NCBI GenBank assembly: GCA_964387275.1
Contig: CAYLVW010000002.1
Location: forward strand, 63,286 to 127,285
Direction of reading: 5' to 3'
DNA from: an uncultured Candidatus Saccharibacteria bacterium
GTDB taxonomy: Bacteria; Patescibacteriota; WWE3; UBA101185; UBA10185
DNA: 64,000 bases
Shown: positions 46,555 through 57,168 of the stretch, in pieces
How positions within the stretch are numbered: the first letter of the stretch is position 1
How the letters are laid out: each line of letters begins with the position of its first letter
The notes under the pieces: model-generated
What the model saw: only the letters and a program-made list of their open reading frames with translations
Database searches by the model: none
Told to the model about the DNA's origin: nothing
Program-made: the position numbers and the translations under genes

Positions 46555-47967
46555 TTATCTTCTACCGCCCTTTTTTTCACCCATTATCATTGCTTCAACT
46601 TTTGAAGGAGCAGAATTCGCAAAATAGAAACCCATCATTAAAATAGCAGGTAACATTACGAGAGTTACCATACCCCCAGCTGTATAACCAAATATAGCAA
46701 CACCAAAGAAGTTATCTACCCCAGTCATTACCTGAACAAAAATATTCATCGCAATCAAAAACGTCATTGCCAAGACCCCAGTCATAGCAGGTAAGCTTAG
46801 CATGTAAACTGCCATCTGCTTAAACCAATCAATGGTCATATTATCATTTCCCGGTATAGCACCAATAACAAATATTATAGGGGAGGTTATTATAGCCACT
46901 ATCATTTTGACGTAAGTAAAACCAATTTTTACAGCAATCCAAAGCATCCCAACCAAAGCCATTACTGCAAGAATTATTGGAACAAGAAAGATAAAACCCA
47001 CAGTCATTAAACCTAAAGAAGCCCCAGTTAAAAAGAAATAGAATATAGGTAAAGGCCCTAGATGAGAAAATAGGTCTGCTGCCTGTTGTAAGGAAGGTGT
47101 GTCACCTCCAGTCACAGCCGCTGTCATGATAATAGGAACTATACTTACCATTAAGGATCTACCGATAGTGGTCATAGTGGCCCCAATAGGATAACTGAAA
47201 GTTATTAGTATAATGGCTATAATAATTCTTGGTATTGCAAATTGAACTGTTACGATTGTTTGCTGATCTATCTTTCTCCTATTCATTATCATAAAACCAA
47301 GCACTAACATCACTATCGCTAATAAGCCGTAAGAAATGTTTCTAAACAACTTCCATGTACCTAAAACCATAGAAAGGGCTACTTGGTTACCCGGATCTCC
47401 GTAGGTTTGAGCTAAGGCTTTACCAATAAAAGGCACGTGGGCAACGGTGTCGTTAGCGTAGTAAGCTAGATTTACAGGAACCAAATCTGTGTGGGTAGTG
47501 CTGTTCACAAAACCTACCAACCCAGCAAAACTACCACCAACAGTGGATTTTGGATCCACTAAAGCGTAGTTATCAACAAACGCTGATGATATGTAACCAG
47601 GCTTTAAAGAATTTGCCAAATTCTGACAAAACTCTGCATCATATGTATCTGCTGTAGAGGGATCTAAACTGACTAAAGAGGGATCTACATCGTGAATAGC
47701 TTGAGCGCACCCACAAATTTGATCTATATTACCACCAAAAAAAGCTGCGCTAGGAATCTCTTGTATAAGAGTGGTTGCAATATTCATGGTAGTTCGGGTT
47801 ATATCTAAGTTTCTGAATATATCTACAACATTTATGTAGGTGTTCTCTCTGCTGTTGCAAGTAGCAACAACCTGAGCAGAAACACTTGGAGTTAAGTACA
47901 AAGCGATGGAAGTGAAAAGCAGTGTGAATACAGAGTATTTAATTAGACTTATTCTCTCAGTTAACAT
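46555..47967 (-). CDS. VirB6/TrbL-like polytopic membrane protein (CPR T4SS-like)
   Basis: Signal peptide; WKLFRNISY...GFMIM...PRIIIAIILITFSY pattern; several C-terminal TMs. Confidence 0.6.
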   Translation of the reverse strand: MLTERISLIKYSVFTLLFTSIALYLTPSVSAQVVATCNSRENTYINVVDIFRNLDITRTTMNIATTLIQEIPSAAFFGGNIDQICGCAQAIHDVDPSLVSLDPSTADTYDAEFCQNLANSLKPGYISSAFVDNYALVDPKSTVGGSFAGLVGFVNSTTHTDLVPVNLAYYANDTVAHVPFIGKALAQTYGDPGNQVALSMVLGTWKLFRNISYGLLAIVMLVLGFMIMNRRKIDQQTIVTVQFAIPRIIIAIILITFSYPIGATMTTIGRSLMVSIVPIIMTAAVTGGDTPSLQQAADLFSHLGPLPIFYFFLTGASLGLMTVGFIFLVPIILAVMALVGMLWIAVKIGFTYVKMIVAIITSPIIFVIGAIPGNDNMTIDWFKQMAVYMLSLPAMTGVLAMTFLIAMNIFVQVMTGVDNFFGVAIFGYTAGGMVTLVMLPAILMMGFYFANSAPSKVEAMIMGEKKGGRR

Positions 47968-48034
47968 TCTGAGGAAATTTTACAATAAAAACAAAATATC
48001 AACAACAACCTACTTATATACTATAATTCAGGGT

Positions 48035-51000
48035 ATGGCACGTAATCCATTCTATACAGGATATATACCTGGTGATGAAAACGATCCACTATATAAAATA
48101 AGGCCTAAGAGAGTTAAGCCCGGTACTCCTGTAAATTTTGGGTTTAATTTTGAAACACAATTAGTGCAGGAGCTTGAACATGAAGCAGACATTCCAGCCA
48201 AAGTAAAAGAATACATTATAGACGCGGAGGTAGACGAAATTAAGTCAGCATTTAAGGTGTCGGCTGGCATAGGTAAGAAAAGCTCGCTATCAAACCAAAA
48301 ACTAAACGATATTCAAAGAACTGGCGAAGAACCAGAACTACCCGGAGCAATGGGTCTTAGTGTAAATCTAATTGATCTTGTAACTAATCCGCAAGAAACT
48401 GTAGCAAAAGTTCTAACCGAGGGCTGGAAAAACATCACCAGCTGGGAGGAATTTGATCAAAACCTATCGCACAGAGCATTTGCAAGAATTTTAATGGATA
48501 AAGATGCTCCAATTGATGAAGAGAACGGGCCAAATACAGGTAAAGAACTTGAGCCAAGGCTACCTCTACAAAAACTTGCAGAAGATACATATACAAGAGG
48601 AACAATAAATCTCTCTGGTATAGAACTTCCCGATTATTCAGACCAAGGACAAAAAAACCCACTACAAATGTGGAGTGATAATAAATCTGGCTTTAGAAGA
48701 GGTAGAGGTAGATTCTTTGAAATCAAATATAAAAATTATGATGGAGACGAAGTAACAGAGAAAGTTGGTATGGAAACAATGTATAAAGAAGTTGCGGATA
48801 AAGCTTCTAAATTTGTGATGACCTCAAAATCCGCTTCAAGTAGGGATAGTGCTTATGAAGACTACCTAGCAACTTTACAAAAGGTACTCACCAAAGAGCT
48901 TGATCAATGGGACGGAACTCTAACAGATGACATGAAGGAAAGGTTAAAAAAGGCTGCAGCCATAAATCCTGCCCTTGCAATACCTGAAGATAAGGTTGTA
49001 GAGGTATTAAAACAAGCACGAAGTAATTTTGTGAATAAAGGGGGCTTAATAAACGCTGTTAGGGATTTGGGTGGAGATGAAGATAGTGGTCTGGGAGGAC
49101 TATCATCCCAGCTAAGTAGGTTTGTAGTCGAAGGACGCACAGACAATACAGCCTCCGAGATGGAAAAAACCATAGCAGGAATAGGTAGTGCAATAAAAAC
49201 CAGTGAAAAAAAGATAGATACACTAAGAAACGCATTATCAGGAGAAGCACTAAGCACTTTCAATAAACAAATCAGACCGTATGAAGAGTTGTTAACACAA
49301 ATTAAAGGTACAGTTTTTGATGTTAAAGAAGGTGAAACTCTAGCAGTATTTAATGCAACTACAGCAAGCCCAAATGTAAGAAGATTATTAAATAATATCA
49401 AGTCTGGCGTAGCAGGCCTTGGGGATAAAGCAGATGCTACATCAATATTAACTACCATAAATTTTGTAACTAGTGGTGGATTAGACCCCACTAAAAGCCC
49501 TCTTACAAACGGTACAGTTGTAAATCAAAGTCTTTTATTTAAGTTGCAAAGAGATCTTATTGAAGGTGGGTTTGATAGAAGTATCGGCGCCAGAGAAATG
49601 GTACACCTTGATGACATTGGAGTATTAACAGACATAATGGGTGTTGAAGATGCAAACGCTTTGAAAGTCCTCACTAAAAGACTCCAAAATATGAGGGAGT
49701 GGGACGCGTTTAGAGAAGCACTACAAAACTTTGATGGAGGAAAGCTTTGGAGAAACTATTACTATGTAAAAAGAATTAGAGACAACCTTACAATTCTCAC
49801 ACCTTCTTATTGGGTTAACCACGCACTAAAACGGGTTCAGTACTTTGGATTTAAGATTGATGAGAAAAACTTGGCTAAAAGTCCTAAATTAATCCAATAT
49901 CTAATAACAGGGTCTCCTCTGAGTGCTTTATTTGTAAACAGATTTTCATTAAATATTACTTTTGTAGGTGCTGGTAAAACTAAAGTTAAGCTTGAGGGTG
50001 GAAAACACTTTAATGGAGTAACAAGCCTATACAGCTTATACAGCTCAGAAAAATTAAGCAAAGCAGAACTTAAAAGTTTCCTAAGTTTTATAGCCTTTGA
50101 TGCAAAAGCACTCTACAAAGATCCCGCAAAGAAAATAATGAATGCTGATTGGGTTGAGTGGCATAAGAAACTAACAGATGTTTTTAAAGATAAAGATAAA
50201 GCCCAAAAGTTTTTAGAAGATATACAAGGCTTCACAACTTGGTTACAAACTAAAGGAAAATCAATTGTTGGTGAAAAAGTGCTTAGAGACGCCGAAAATC
50301 TATTTAAACTTCTAGGAGCTTTGGTAAATCACGAAAGCAAGGCAGGCACTTCAAGCATCACAACGACTTTCCTGGGTGTAATAGATAAGGTAGCCATTCA
50401 ATTTAATAAAGTTCAGTCCTATTTGTTAAATAAATTTGGTAAGTGGCTTGCACCAATCAGCTACCTAAAACAAGCTATTGCAGAGGGTGTGACGGATGCA
50501 TTAATGGGCATACTTGCTGCGATCACAGGGGGTCTATCTGCCACTGCAACTCCTATAATAAAGTGGGTCCTACAATGGACCGTCGTTAAAACCCTAGATT
50601 TCTTCGAAAAAATAATACAAGGCATATCAAAAGGAGATTTATCCTTCATATTTAAGGGATACGAAAAAACCCTAACCAGAATATTCAAATATGTAATGTA
50701 CGCTTCTATTGTCCCGTTCACATGTATGCTTCTGGTTTTGTTTGTTTTTAATGTGTTGCTTTCTTCGATAAACCCGGTTAATGTGGCTAGAAACACCGTA
50801 AGTTCTGCGTTTTCATCTGTAACAGGTAGTTTTTTTACTGGAGCTGTAGGGGCGATTGTAGGAGCACTCTTTGATGGAGGAAGTGATGGGCATTATCTAT
50901 CTCAAAGAGATGCAGCATGGGCTACAGTACTTATAGGTGCCTCAGGACTTACTTTATATGAAGTTGGTTGTTTAATTGTTAGTGTTGCTATGGTGTATAG

Positions 51001-51322
51001 CTATTACGGTATAAATATCTCTCCAGTGGAAATAGCCCTAAATGCAGCCAATTTCGCTGGAAATAGTGCTTTACTATATATGCCTTCTATCGGTGGGCAT
51101 ACTTGGGCAACCGCTACATCAATTGCAGGTGAGATTGCAGCAGGAAACCCTGTAATTCTAGGGATAAACACAGGCCCTTGGGGTACTCATTTTGTAGTAG
51201 CTATAGGCATGGACTCAAATGGATGTCCTATAATACATGACCCCTGGATTGGCCCTGATAGAAATTACTGCACTGAGTACGGCAGTATGAGCAAAATATT
51301 TACTACAAGAGTACTAAGATAA
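48035..51322 (+). CDS. Large helical membrane protein with a C-terminal C39-like (papain-fold) peptidase
   Basis: YLSQRDAAW, GCLIVSVAMV (Cys), HFVVAIG (His), IHDPW (Asp); TMs precede the peptidase. Start MARNP at 48035, 7 nt after TATAAT. Confidence 0.75.
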   Translation: MARNPFYTGYIPGDENDPLYKIRPKRVKPGTPVNFGFNFETQLVQELEHEADIPAKVKEYIIDAEVDEIKSAFKVSAGIGKKSSLSNQKLNDIQRTGEEPELPGAMGLSVNLIDLVTNPQETVAKVLTEGWKNITSWEEFDQNLSHRAFARILMDKDAPIDEENGPNTGKELEPRLPLQKLAEDTYTRGTINLSGIELPDYSDQGQKNPLQMWSDNKSGFRRGRGRFFEIKYKNYDGDEVTEKVGMETMYKEVADKASKFVMTSKSASSRDSAYEDYLATLQKVLTKELDQWDGTLTDDMKERLKKAAAINPALAIPEDKVVEVLKQARSNFVNKGGLINAVRDLGGDEDSGLGGLSSQLSRFVVEGRTDNTASEMEKTIAGIGSAIKTSEKKIDTLRNALSGEALSTFNKQIRPYEELLTQIKGTVFDVKEGETLAVFNATTASPNVRRLLNNIKSGVAGLGDKADATSILTTINFVTSGGLDPTKSPLTNGTVVNQSLLFKLQRDLIEGGFDRSIGAREMVHLDDIGVLTDIMGVEDANALKVLTKRLQNMREWDAFREALQNFDGGKLWRNYYYVKRIRDNLTILTPSYWVNHALKRVQYFGFKIDEKNLAKSPKLIQYLITGSPLSALFVNRFSLNITFVGAGKTKVKLEGGKHFNGVTSLYSLYSSEKLSKAELKSFLSFIAFDAKALYKDPAKKIMNADWVEWHKKLTDVFKDKDKAQKFLEDIQGFTTWLQTKGKSIVGEKVLRDAENLFKLLGALVNHESKAGTSSITTTFLGVIDKVAIQFNKVQSYLLNKFGKWLAPISYLKQAIAEGVTDALMGILAAITGGLSATATPIIKWVLQWTVVKTLDFFEKIIQGISKGDLSFIFKGYEKTLTRIFKYVMYASIVPFTCMLLVLFVFNVLLSSINPVNVARNTVSSAFSSVTGSFFTGAVGAIVGALFDGGSDGHYLSQRDAAWATVLIGASGLTLYEVGCLIVSVAMVYSYYGINISPVEIALNAANFAGNSALLYMPSIGGHTWATATSIAGEIAAGNPVILGINTGPWGTHFVVAIGMDSNGCPIIHDPWIGPDRNYCTEYGSMSKIFTTRVLR

Positions 51323-51443
51323 GCCACTGCCCTAAACCAACCCTAAATAGGTATTACAGCCCAATTAAATAAACCTAAAAAAGACGTTAGTAAAGATGAT
51401 ATTAATAGGCATTAACTGGAGGGAGCCGGTTATTGGTACAGGG

Positions 51444-51920
51444 TTATAAAGTGATTCCAAAATTACTCAACAAATTAACCAGTGAGGCATAAAAAGTGTT
51501 AACTATACCTTGGGGGCTGGATGCATTTATACCGACCATGCCAGCAGCAATACCAACAATAGAGAAACTTCCCAACACAGCCAAAAAACCCAAGAAAGCA
51601 TAAAATATTGTATCTTTTGCTCCTTGAAATCCTTTTGGGTCACCTAAGGACTGAGACATTTTAATACCACCATATGCTGCCATAATTGCGAAAACAAGGC
51701 TTGAAGAATATAAAGCTATATTTACTACCCTAAGCAAAGGACAAATTATTGCGGCAATACTTGGGGGGTCAGCATCTCCACTACCCGAACCCCAATCGAC
51801 GATAGAAGGACATGAATATGGTGTGGGGCTCATCGGAACCGCATAAACATTAGGGGTCAAAAAAAAGAGTGAAACTAATAAAGTTAAACTTATTATAATT
51901 GGGTTAAAACGTTTTCTCAC
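51444..51920 (-). CDS. TrbC/VirB2-like pilin
   Basis: Signal (VYA), two TMs separated by SLGDPKGFQGAKDTI. Confidence 0.7.
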   Translation of the reverse strand: MRKRFNPIIISLTLLVSLFFLTPNVYAVPMSPTPYSCPSIVDWGSGSGDADPPSIAAIICPLLRVVNIALYSSSLVFAIMAAYGGIKMSQSLGDPKGFQGAKDTIFYAFLGFLAVLGSFSIVGIAAGMVGINASSPQGIVNTFYASLVNLLSNFGITL

Positions 51921-51922
51921 TT

Positions 51923-52243
51923 TTAGAACTCTGTATTTAAATTAGTAATATTTGGGTCAGTAACACCAAGAGCTTGGGTTATGGTTAATCTTGCCCCAAT
52001 AACCACAAAAGAAATTAAAATAGCAAAAGCACCATAAACAACAGCGTTCCAAGCCTGCTGTACCCCTTTTGGATCCCCTTTACTCATAATATATAAGTAA
52101 CAGGCCCATGCCAAGTTAACAATCGCAGCGCCAAACCCTACTCCCGCTAGGATATTTAGACCTACAATCAAAAAGTCCCTAATAGAATCAGGGGCTGATG
52201 CTGGATAAAATTGAGTTGCTAAGTTGTCTATTACGTTGAACAT
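51923..52243 (-). CDS. TrbC/VirB2-like pilin
   Basis: YIMSKGDPKGVQQAWNAV between two TMs. Confidence 0.75.
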   Translation of the reverse strand: MFNVIDNLATQFYPASAPDSIRDFLIVGLNILAGVGFGAAIVNLAWACYLYIMSKGDPKGVQQAWNAVVYGAFAILISFVVIGARLTITQALGVTDPNITNLNTEF

Positions 52244-52270
52244 TGTTTCGTGTTTCTACCGTCCCGATTT

Positions 52271-52295
52271 CTGGGCGGGCCGAAGGCCCGCCCAG
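52271..52295. terminator. 11-bp GC hairpin with GAA loop after the putative major pilin gene
   Basis: CTGGGCGGGCC-GAA-GGCCCGCCCAG. Confidence 0.7.
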
Positions 52296-52309
52296 CTCCA
52301 AGAACAAAA

Positions 52310-52645
52310 TTAGAATATTGCGGATCCTCCCGGTCCTGTGGCATTTCCACCGATCAAACCTGGGATAATAGTCCTCAATACTGTGATAAAGAAAAGACCC
52401 ACGCCTCCTACTACGGCATAAGTAAGCCATTGTCTGGCTGCATCAGTAGCTTTAACTTCTCCCTTGGATGTAACATACTGTACAAAACCCAAAGCTAACA
52501 TAACGAAAACTAAAGCCCATCCTATACCGATAATGAGGTTAATTACCATAGCGAATACCTGAGGCAAACTGGATACGTTTGGTAATGGGTTGCTCAACGT
52601 GGTACTAACCGCGGTTTGAGCATAAACTCTTTGTAATAATTCCAT
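52310..52645 (-). CDS. TrbC/VirB2-like pilin (probable major subunit)
   Basis: VYAQ, GFVQYVTSKGEVKATDAARQWLTYAVVG; AGGAGGTG upstream and a hairpin downstream. Confidence 0.8.
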   Translation of the reverse strand: MELLQRVYAQTAVSTTLSNPLPNVSSLPQVFAMVINLIIGIGWALVFVMLALGFVQYVTSKGEVKATDAARQWLTYAVVGGVGLFFITVLRTIIPGLIGGNATGPGGSAIF

Positions 52646-52674
52646 AATTGTTTAAAGTTGTTACACCTCCTCTT

Positions 52675-53190
52675 CTAAAGTAATGCTGTTATTATAACCC
52701 TTAATAATCCTGCAGACAACAAAATAAACAAAGTGCCCATAATTGCGGAGGACATCTCCTCTACAGCTTCTTTATACTTCTGTGGATTGCCTTCACTCAG
52801 TTTTATAGAATAACCGGCTTTAATTATAGAAAATATTGCATATCCTATAGCCAACGGAAACGCTACTGCATAAAGGTTCTCTATAACGGTATTAAAATTA
52901 AGGATTGTATACCACTCACTTGCTGTTCCAGTAGGTAAGGGCATTGGGGGAACAGGAGTAGGCGTAGGGGTAATTACTACACAAGTACACATCTCAGACC
53001 CGGGAGGGTTTTCAACACAGCGTATGGGATTACCACCCCCATCGGGAACCACACCGCCAATTAAGGAACCCTGACAAGGACCACAACTAGTAGGCAAGCA
53101 CAGCTGCGCAAAGACACTTGGAGTGAAAAACACTAAAGATGCCAAAAGAAAAAGGAAAAACACTGTTAAGTTTTGGTATAATCTCTTCAT
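52675..53190 (-). CDS. VirB2-like pilin with a Cys-rich N-terminal extension
   Basis: Signal peptide, six Cys, PT linker, SEGNPQKYKEAVEEMSSAIMG. Confidence 0.7.
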   Translation of the reverse strand: MKRLYQNLTVFFLFLLASLVFFTPSVFAQLCLPTSCGPCQGSLIGGVVPDGGGNPIRCVENPPGSEMCTCVVITPTPTPVPPMPLPTGTASEWYTILNFNTVIENLYAVAFPLAIGYAIFSIIKAGYSIKLSEGNPQKYKEAVEEMSSAIMGTLFILLSAGLLRVIITALL

Positions 53191-53194
53191 AAGT

Positions 53195-55072
53195 ATGACC
53201 TGCCAAAATTATCAAGCACCCCAAAATAAACGTCAAGGTTTATTGATAATGACTTTGATGATTATAACAACGATTGTGGTAATTACCATACCTCCAATGA
53301 TTGTTTATGCTGAAGACGACCTTGAGGATATCCAAAAAGAGATTGAAGAAAAAGAAGAAGATTATGAATCTACATCCAAAAAACTAGACAGTATTAAAAG
53401 CCAAAAAGACAATATTGCCCAAAAGATAGCAAATCTATCAAGCCAACTTACTGTAACAGACTCCGAAATAAAAGATCTAGAAAATGATATACAAAAACTC
53501 CAGTCTGATTTAGAAGTTATTAATAAAAATCTGTTGGACAGCAACACAGCACTTCAGGATCGAATTGATCTTAGAAATAAGGTCATTAGAAATTACTCAA
53601 AAAGAAGCACCGAAAATTACCTGCAGATGTTTTTATTAAATGGAAATGGACTAAATGGTTTCCAATTTAATACCTTAACCTATATTTTTGATAAAACTTT
53701 TTCTGACGAAAGTATCCAGCTAATTCAAAGCATAAACGTAGAGATTGATAATTTCGAAAAGGATAAGAAAGAATCAGAAGAATTAAAAAAGCAAATTGAA
53801 GAACAAAAAACCAAACTTGTAAATGCAAAAAATGTGCTTCTTGCTCAAAAAAGCTCTGCACAGGGTGAATTAGATAACCTACAAAAACAGCAAAGTTCCT
53901 TCGAAAATGAGCTAGCAAAAATTAGTGCTACTCTAGACAATCTGAACAAAAAACAACAAGAGATTCTAAAAGAAAAGTATGGATCCGAACAAGAAACGGT
54001 GGGAGACAACGAAACAGACTACTCAGAACTACCTGATCCAAGCTTTTCACCAGCGTATGCTTTCTACACTTATGGCTACCCACATAGAGTTGGAATGAGT
54101 CAATACGGAGCTTACGGCAGGGCAAAAGCAGGGCAAAAGTATAAAGACATTCTAAAAGCCTATTTTAACAATGTAAGTGTTGAGGAGAAGTGGGACGATG
54201 ACGATAAAATACCTGTACAAGGTTACGGAAATATAAAAATGCGCGACTACCTATATGGAATTGCAGAAGTTCCGGAAAGTTGGGCTGATCATGGGGGTTA
54301 TGAAGCTTTGAAAGCTCAGGCAGTAGCGGCGAGAACGTATGCTCTTAACTATATTTATTACACTTATGACTCGAAATCTGGAACTATCAAAGAAAAATCC
54401 CCGGTATCAATTTGCACTACTCAAGCATGCCAAGTATACAATGGTGGCAAAAAAACTGGTACTTGGAAAAAAGCTGTAGATGAAACGGAAGGTGAGGTAA
54501 TAACCTATGGCGGTAAACCCATTACCTCTTGGTTCGCATCGACATCGGGTGGTTACACCCGAACAGCAGCTCAGGTGTGGGGTAGCACAAGACCATGGAC
54601 AAAAAACATGAAAGATGCTTCCTGCTCAGGAAACCTTTCGGACTGTGCTTATGAAGGACCTAAATATGGTAATTCTCCGTGGTTCTATAAAGCCTGGAAT
54701 TCAGGATATTCTGCAAAAAATGCCTGGATGAAAGAAGACGAGGTTCAAGATATTATTAACTCTTATCTACTTTGGGATGACGACAACGACTTGATAGACA
54801 AACTCTCACCACCTTCAAAAGACGGAGATGCCTGGGACAAGGAGGAAGTTATAGAGGAGCTAGAGGACAGAGATATTGATCCTGTAGGTAATATATCGTC
54901 AATAAAAGCTTATGACGATGGAAACGGATATACCACAAAAATTGTTGTTAAATCGTCAAATTACTCAAACCTAGAGCTTGATGGATACGATTTTAGAAAT
55001 ATTTTTAACCTAAGATCACGAGAAAGTCTTTATATCTATACATCATTCTTTAATATCAGGGTTGAGAATTAA
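53195..55072 (+). CDS. Coiled-coil plus SpoIID/LytB-family lytic transglycosylase
   Basis: HRVGMSQYGAYGRA, YLYGIAEVP, ALKAQAVAARTYA, CQVY; long N-terminal coiled coil. Confidence 0.88.
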   Translation: MTCQNYQAPQNKRQGLLIMTLMIITTIVVITIPPMIVYAEDDLEDIQKEIEEKEEDYESTSKKLDSIKSQKDNIAQKIANLSSQLTVTDSEIKDLENDIQKLQSDLEVINKNLLDSNTALQDRIDLRNKVIRNYSKRSTENYLQMFLLNGNGLNGFQFNTLTYIFDKTFSDESIQLIQSINVEIDNFEKDKKESEELKKQIEEQKTKLVNAKNVLLAQKSSAQGELDNLQKQQSSFENELAKISATLDNLNKKQQEILKEKYGSEQETVGDNETDYSELPDPSFSPAYAFYTYGYPHRVGMSQYGAYGRAKAGQKYKDILKAYFNNVSVEEKWDDDDKIPVQGYGNIKMRDYLYGIAEVPESWADHGGYEALKAQAVAARTYALNYIYYTYDSKSGTIKEKSPVSICTTQACQVYNGGKKTGTWKKAVDETEGEVITYGGKPITSWFASTSGGYTRTAAQVWGSTRPWTKNMKDASCSGNLSDCAYEGPKYGNSPWFYKAWNSGYSAKNAWMKEDEVQDIINSYLLWDDDNDLIDKLSPPSKDGDAWDKEEVIEELEDRDIDPVGNISSIKAYDDGNGYTTKIVVKSSNYSNLELDGYDFRNIFNLRSRESLYIYTSFFNIRVEN

Positions 55073-55937
55073 TTGTCTTCTTGGTCTGTGTTAAAAACAC
55101 GCTTTTAGCAACATAAACAAAAGAAACGCCTAAAACAATTCCTAGCAAAATGTCTAACACATAGTGCTCGGCACCATATAAAACAGAAAAACAAATCCCA
55201 AGCGGGATTAGAAAAAAGAAACCAAATTTTTTACTAACATTCTTAAATAAATAAGTGACTTGAAAAACTGTCCAAGCTACATGGAAAGAAGGCAAAGCAG
55301 CAAACAAATTATCACTAAGTAAATATCTAACAAAACCATAACCAACTAAACTTGAGTTCAAACCTTCTGTGTAAAGAATTCTAGTAAAACCCAAAGACAA
55401 GGCATCGCTCACATACCATGGAGGTGCTGTAGGAATCAAATAAAAAAAGGCTAACCCAACAACCATTAAACATATAAACCTTATAACATAATCTCTAAAA
55501 TAATAATCTTTATAAACCCAAATCCCAAACGGTACTGCCAAAATCATAAAAAAATACATGTTGTACAAAATAGAAGATACATACAAAACAATGGGGTTTA
55601 TACCAACTAACTGCTGAATAAACATACCTGCCTTTACACCAAGTAAGTCATACTCAAAATTATGCACCAGAAATAGGGTCGCTGATTTAAATGGCGCTAT
55701 ATCATCAACCACCCCTCTTGCCCAGGCATATAATAAAATTGAGCTAATTAGAAACGCCCAGTCAGAAAGAAATCTTCCAATCGCTTTATGTTTAAAAACA
55801 GCAAGTACTACTAAAAACTGAAGCAGCATAGACTCGGGTGTAGCTCTTAGCAAAAACACATTAACTACAACTAGAAGAACAACCACTAAAGTAATGATTA
55901 ATTGCTTTAATAACTTAGGGGTTAACAGAGGACTCAT
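55056..55937 (-). CDS. PAP2-superfamily (AUR1/IPC-synthase-like) membrane phosphotransferase
   Basis: PTAPPW, PSFHVAW, HYVLD. Confidence 0.85.
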   Translation of the reverse strand: MSPLLTPKLLKQLIITLVVVLLVVVNVFLLRATPESMLLQFLVVLAVFKHKAIGRFLSDWAFLISSILLYAWARGVVDDIAPFKSATLFLVHNFEYDLLGVKAGMFIQQLVGINPIVLYVSSILYNMYFFMILAVPFGIWVYKDYYFRDYVIRFICLMVVGLAFFYLIPTAPPWYVSDALSLGFTRILYTEGLNSSLVGYGFVRYLLSDNLFAALPSFHVAWTVFQVTYLFKNVSKKFGFFFLIPLGICFSVLYGAEHYVLDILLGIVLGVSFVYVAKSVFLTQTKKTINSQP

Positions 55938-55994
55938 CAGAAAATTATAAAGTAAAAGCGAACAGAAAACACTTGATATCAAAGTAGATAAAGT

Positions 55995-56429
55995 TTATTT
56001 AGGTAGTTTTAACCCAGAAACATCGTACTCAAAACACACCCTACCTGTACCATGAATTGTTGGATCTGGGTAAGCTCCATAATAATAGCTCTTATTATTA
56101 TCCTTACTTACCTCAGTTAGAAATACACCACATAATTGGTAGCTCTGTGTATCCAAAACAGAATAACCAACTTTATTTAGAGCTTCTTTCTCCAAACCGT
56201 ATAGATATTTACCGACAGCGTCCAATGTACTTGGTAGTACCTGATTATTAGAATAATAAGCGTCAATGGAGGAGGCGATACTACTTATGGAGTTTGAAAG
56301 AGTCAAATCATGTTCGGAATTCTTTACAGAGATAGGATTGCCCAAAAAGATAAAACCTAAAATCAAAACTGCAACAGTATATATAGTTAAAACAATAATA
56401 CCCAAGTAAAAGTTTTGTGTGCCTCTCAT
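55995..56429 (-). CDS. Membrane-anchored protein, partner of the DUF5671-like gene
   Basis: TM, GNP, YY..NQVLPSTL, YQLCGVF, H..GRVCF; ATGA overlap. Confidence 0.65.
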   Translation of the reverse strand: MRGTQNFYLGIIVLTIYTVAVLILGFIFLGNPISVKNSEHDLTLSNSISSIASSIDAYYSNNQVLPSTLDAVGKYLYGLEKEALNKVGYSVLDTQSYQLCGVFLTEVSKDNNKSYYYGAYPDPTIHGTGRVCFEYDVSGLKLPK

Positions 56430-57079
56430 TTCTCCCTAGCCTCTCGTATAAAGTATGTAAATATTATTGAGCACATAAAAATTGGTGAAAGAAAGTGCAG
56501 AAAATTAGTTAGCGCCAGATTACCAGTCAAAACCTGAAACAGCATACTCACAATATTACCCAATACAATCAAAAACGTCACACCAAGTGTAATGTACGTC
56601 AAGACCTTTCTGGATTTGAGAGATTTCAAGGCGGGATTTGCAAGAGTCTGTCTCTTAATTTTAATAAATAAGAAAACAAAAATAGGAAAAGTTATTATAA
56701 CAACGGACATCAAAGCCATCCCAAAGTACTGACCAAAACTATAGCTATAAAACTCATACCATGGAGCCTCTTTTGAAGGTAATAACCTCTCAAGCAATTG
56801 GTAAGTCAACATATCCAAAGCAGTTGCGTATATTGCCATTGTTAAAAACATTAAAAAATGCTGAAACGTGTCCCACAAAGTATAGTTATAAGCTAATGGC
56901 TGGGTTGCAGTGATATCTGAGTTAAATGTAGCATAATCAGGAGTAGGAACTATATCACCAGACAAAGCTGCTTCTATATCCAGCTCATTCCAGCCCGCCT
57001 TTTTAAGGCTTTCGGAAATGGAGCTATTTAATACACCTTTTTGTTTTTGAAGTAGCACGTAGTCAAAGAGCCTATTCAT
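56426..57079 (-). CDS. DUF5671-like membrane protein
   Basis: L..AGW N-domain, DTFQHFLMF, RKVLTYITL; four TMs. Confidence 0.65.
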   Translation of the reverse strand: MNRLFDYVLLQKQKGVLNSSISESLKKAGWNELDIEAALSGDIVPTPDYATFNSDITATQPLAYNYTLWDTFQHFLMFLTMAIYATALDMLTYQLLERLLPSKEAPWYEFYSYSFGQYFGMALMSVVIITFPIFVFLFIKIKRQTLANPALKSLKSRKVLTYITLGVTFLIVLGNIVSMLFQVLTGNLALTNFLHFLSPIFMCSIIFTYFIREAREK

Positions 57080-57168
57080 TAAAATTAATACTACAGACCA
57101 CGAAGATTTGTTTCAAGTTTCCTAAGGTATTTTCCTACAACAACACCGTTTAATGCTATAATTCAGCC

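Noticed and set aside
50880-51322. C39-like peptidase as the processing enzyme for the GG site in the 34-aa peptide
   Set aside because: It is 42 kb away, not fused to an ABC transporter and in pilin context, and the peptide matches the double-glycine leader consensus poorly.
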